DNA of 63,359 nucleotides, the filler included, from Octopus bimaculoides (Eukaryota), in assembly GCF_001194135.2 (NCBI RefSeq). It is 5 parts of 5 records of this genome, joined end to end, with 100 filler letters (N's around TTAATTAATTAA, not from the genome) between each part and the next. Parts side by side here need not be neighbours in the genome. Positions count along the whole stretch, not along the records: positions 61,817 to 63,359 come from NW_026417336.1; 4 more parts are not named here. One strand, given 5' to 3'. The position numbers and the translations under genes were made by a program. Each line of letters starts with the position of its first letter. Position 1 is the stretch's first letter. Shown here in pieces: positions 63,312 through 63,359 of the stretch. The notes under the pieces were generated by a model. The model did not search any database, was not told the DNA's origin, and saw only the letters and a list, made by a program, of their open reading frames with translations.

Positions 63312-63359
<48 letters not shown>

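Overview
Repeat-dense, AT-rich animal DNA with many N gaps. The SINE, LINE and mariner families and the extreme microsatellite load point to an octopus genome (inference; no database used). There is no intact gene, rRNA, tRNA or CRISPR array, and most long ORFs in the track are artefacts of N runs and microsatellites. The window is a nest of decayed elements: Gypsy gag-protease, at least six Penelope-like element (PLE) fragments, RTE, CR1-like, R4-like and L1/Tx1-like LINE pieces, mariner, maT and hAT relics, MITEs and about 20 tRNA-derived SINEs. The best hit is six minimal type-I hammerhead ribozyme (HHR) motifs of three designs. Two lie in an inverted pair of PLE pseudo-LTRs, one follows a PLE ORF, and three lie in a small ORF-less element with a variant CUGUUGA core and an ACGU palindrome. 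HHRs in PLEs are a known phenomenon; these families and their activity are untested here. Other observations are three candidate minus-strand host exons in a CpG-depleted left domain, a CpG transition at about 25 kb that coincides with an assembly linker, and a SINE-mediated inversion evidenced by a split target-site duplication (TSD). Boundaries of decayed elements are approximate.
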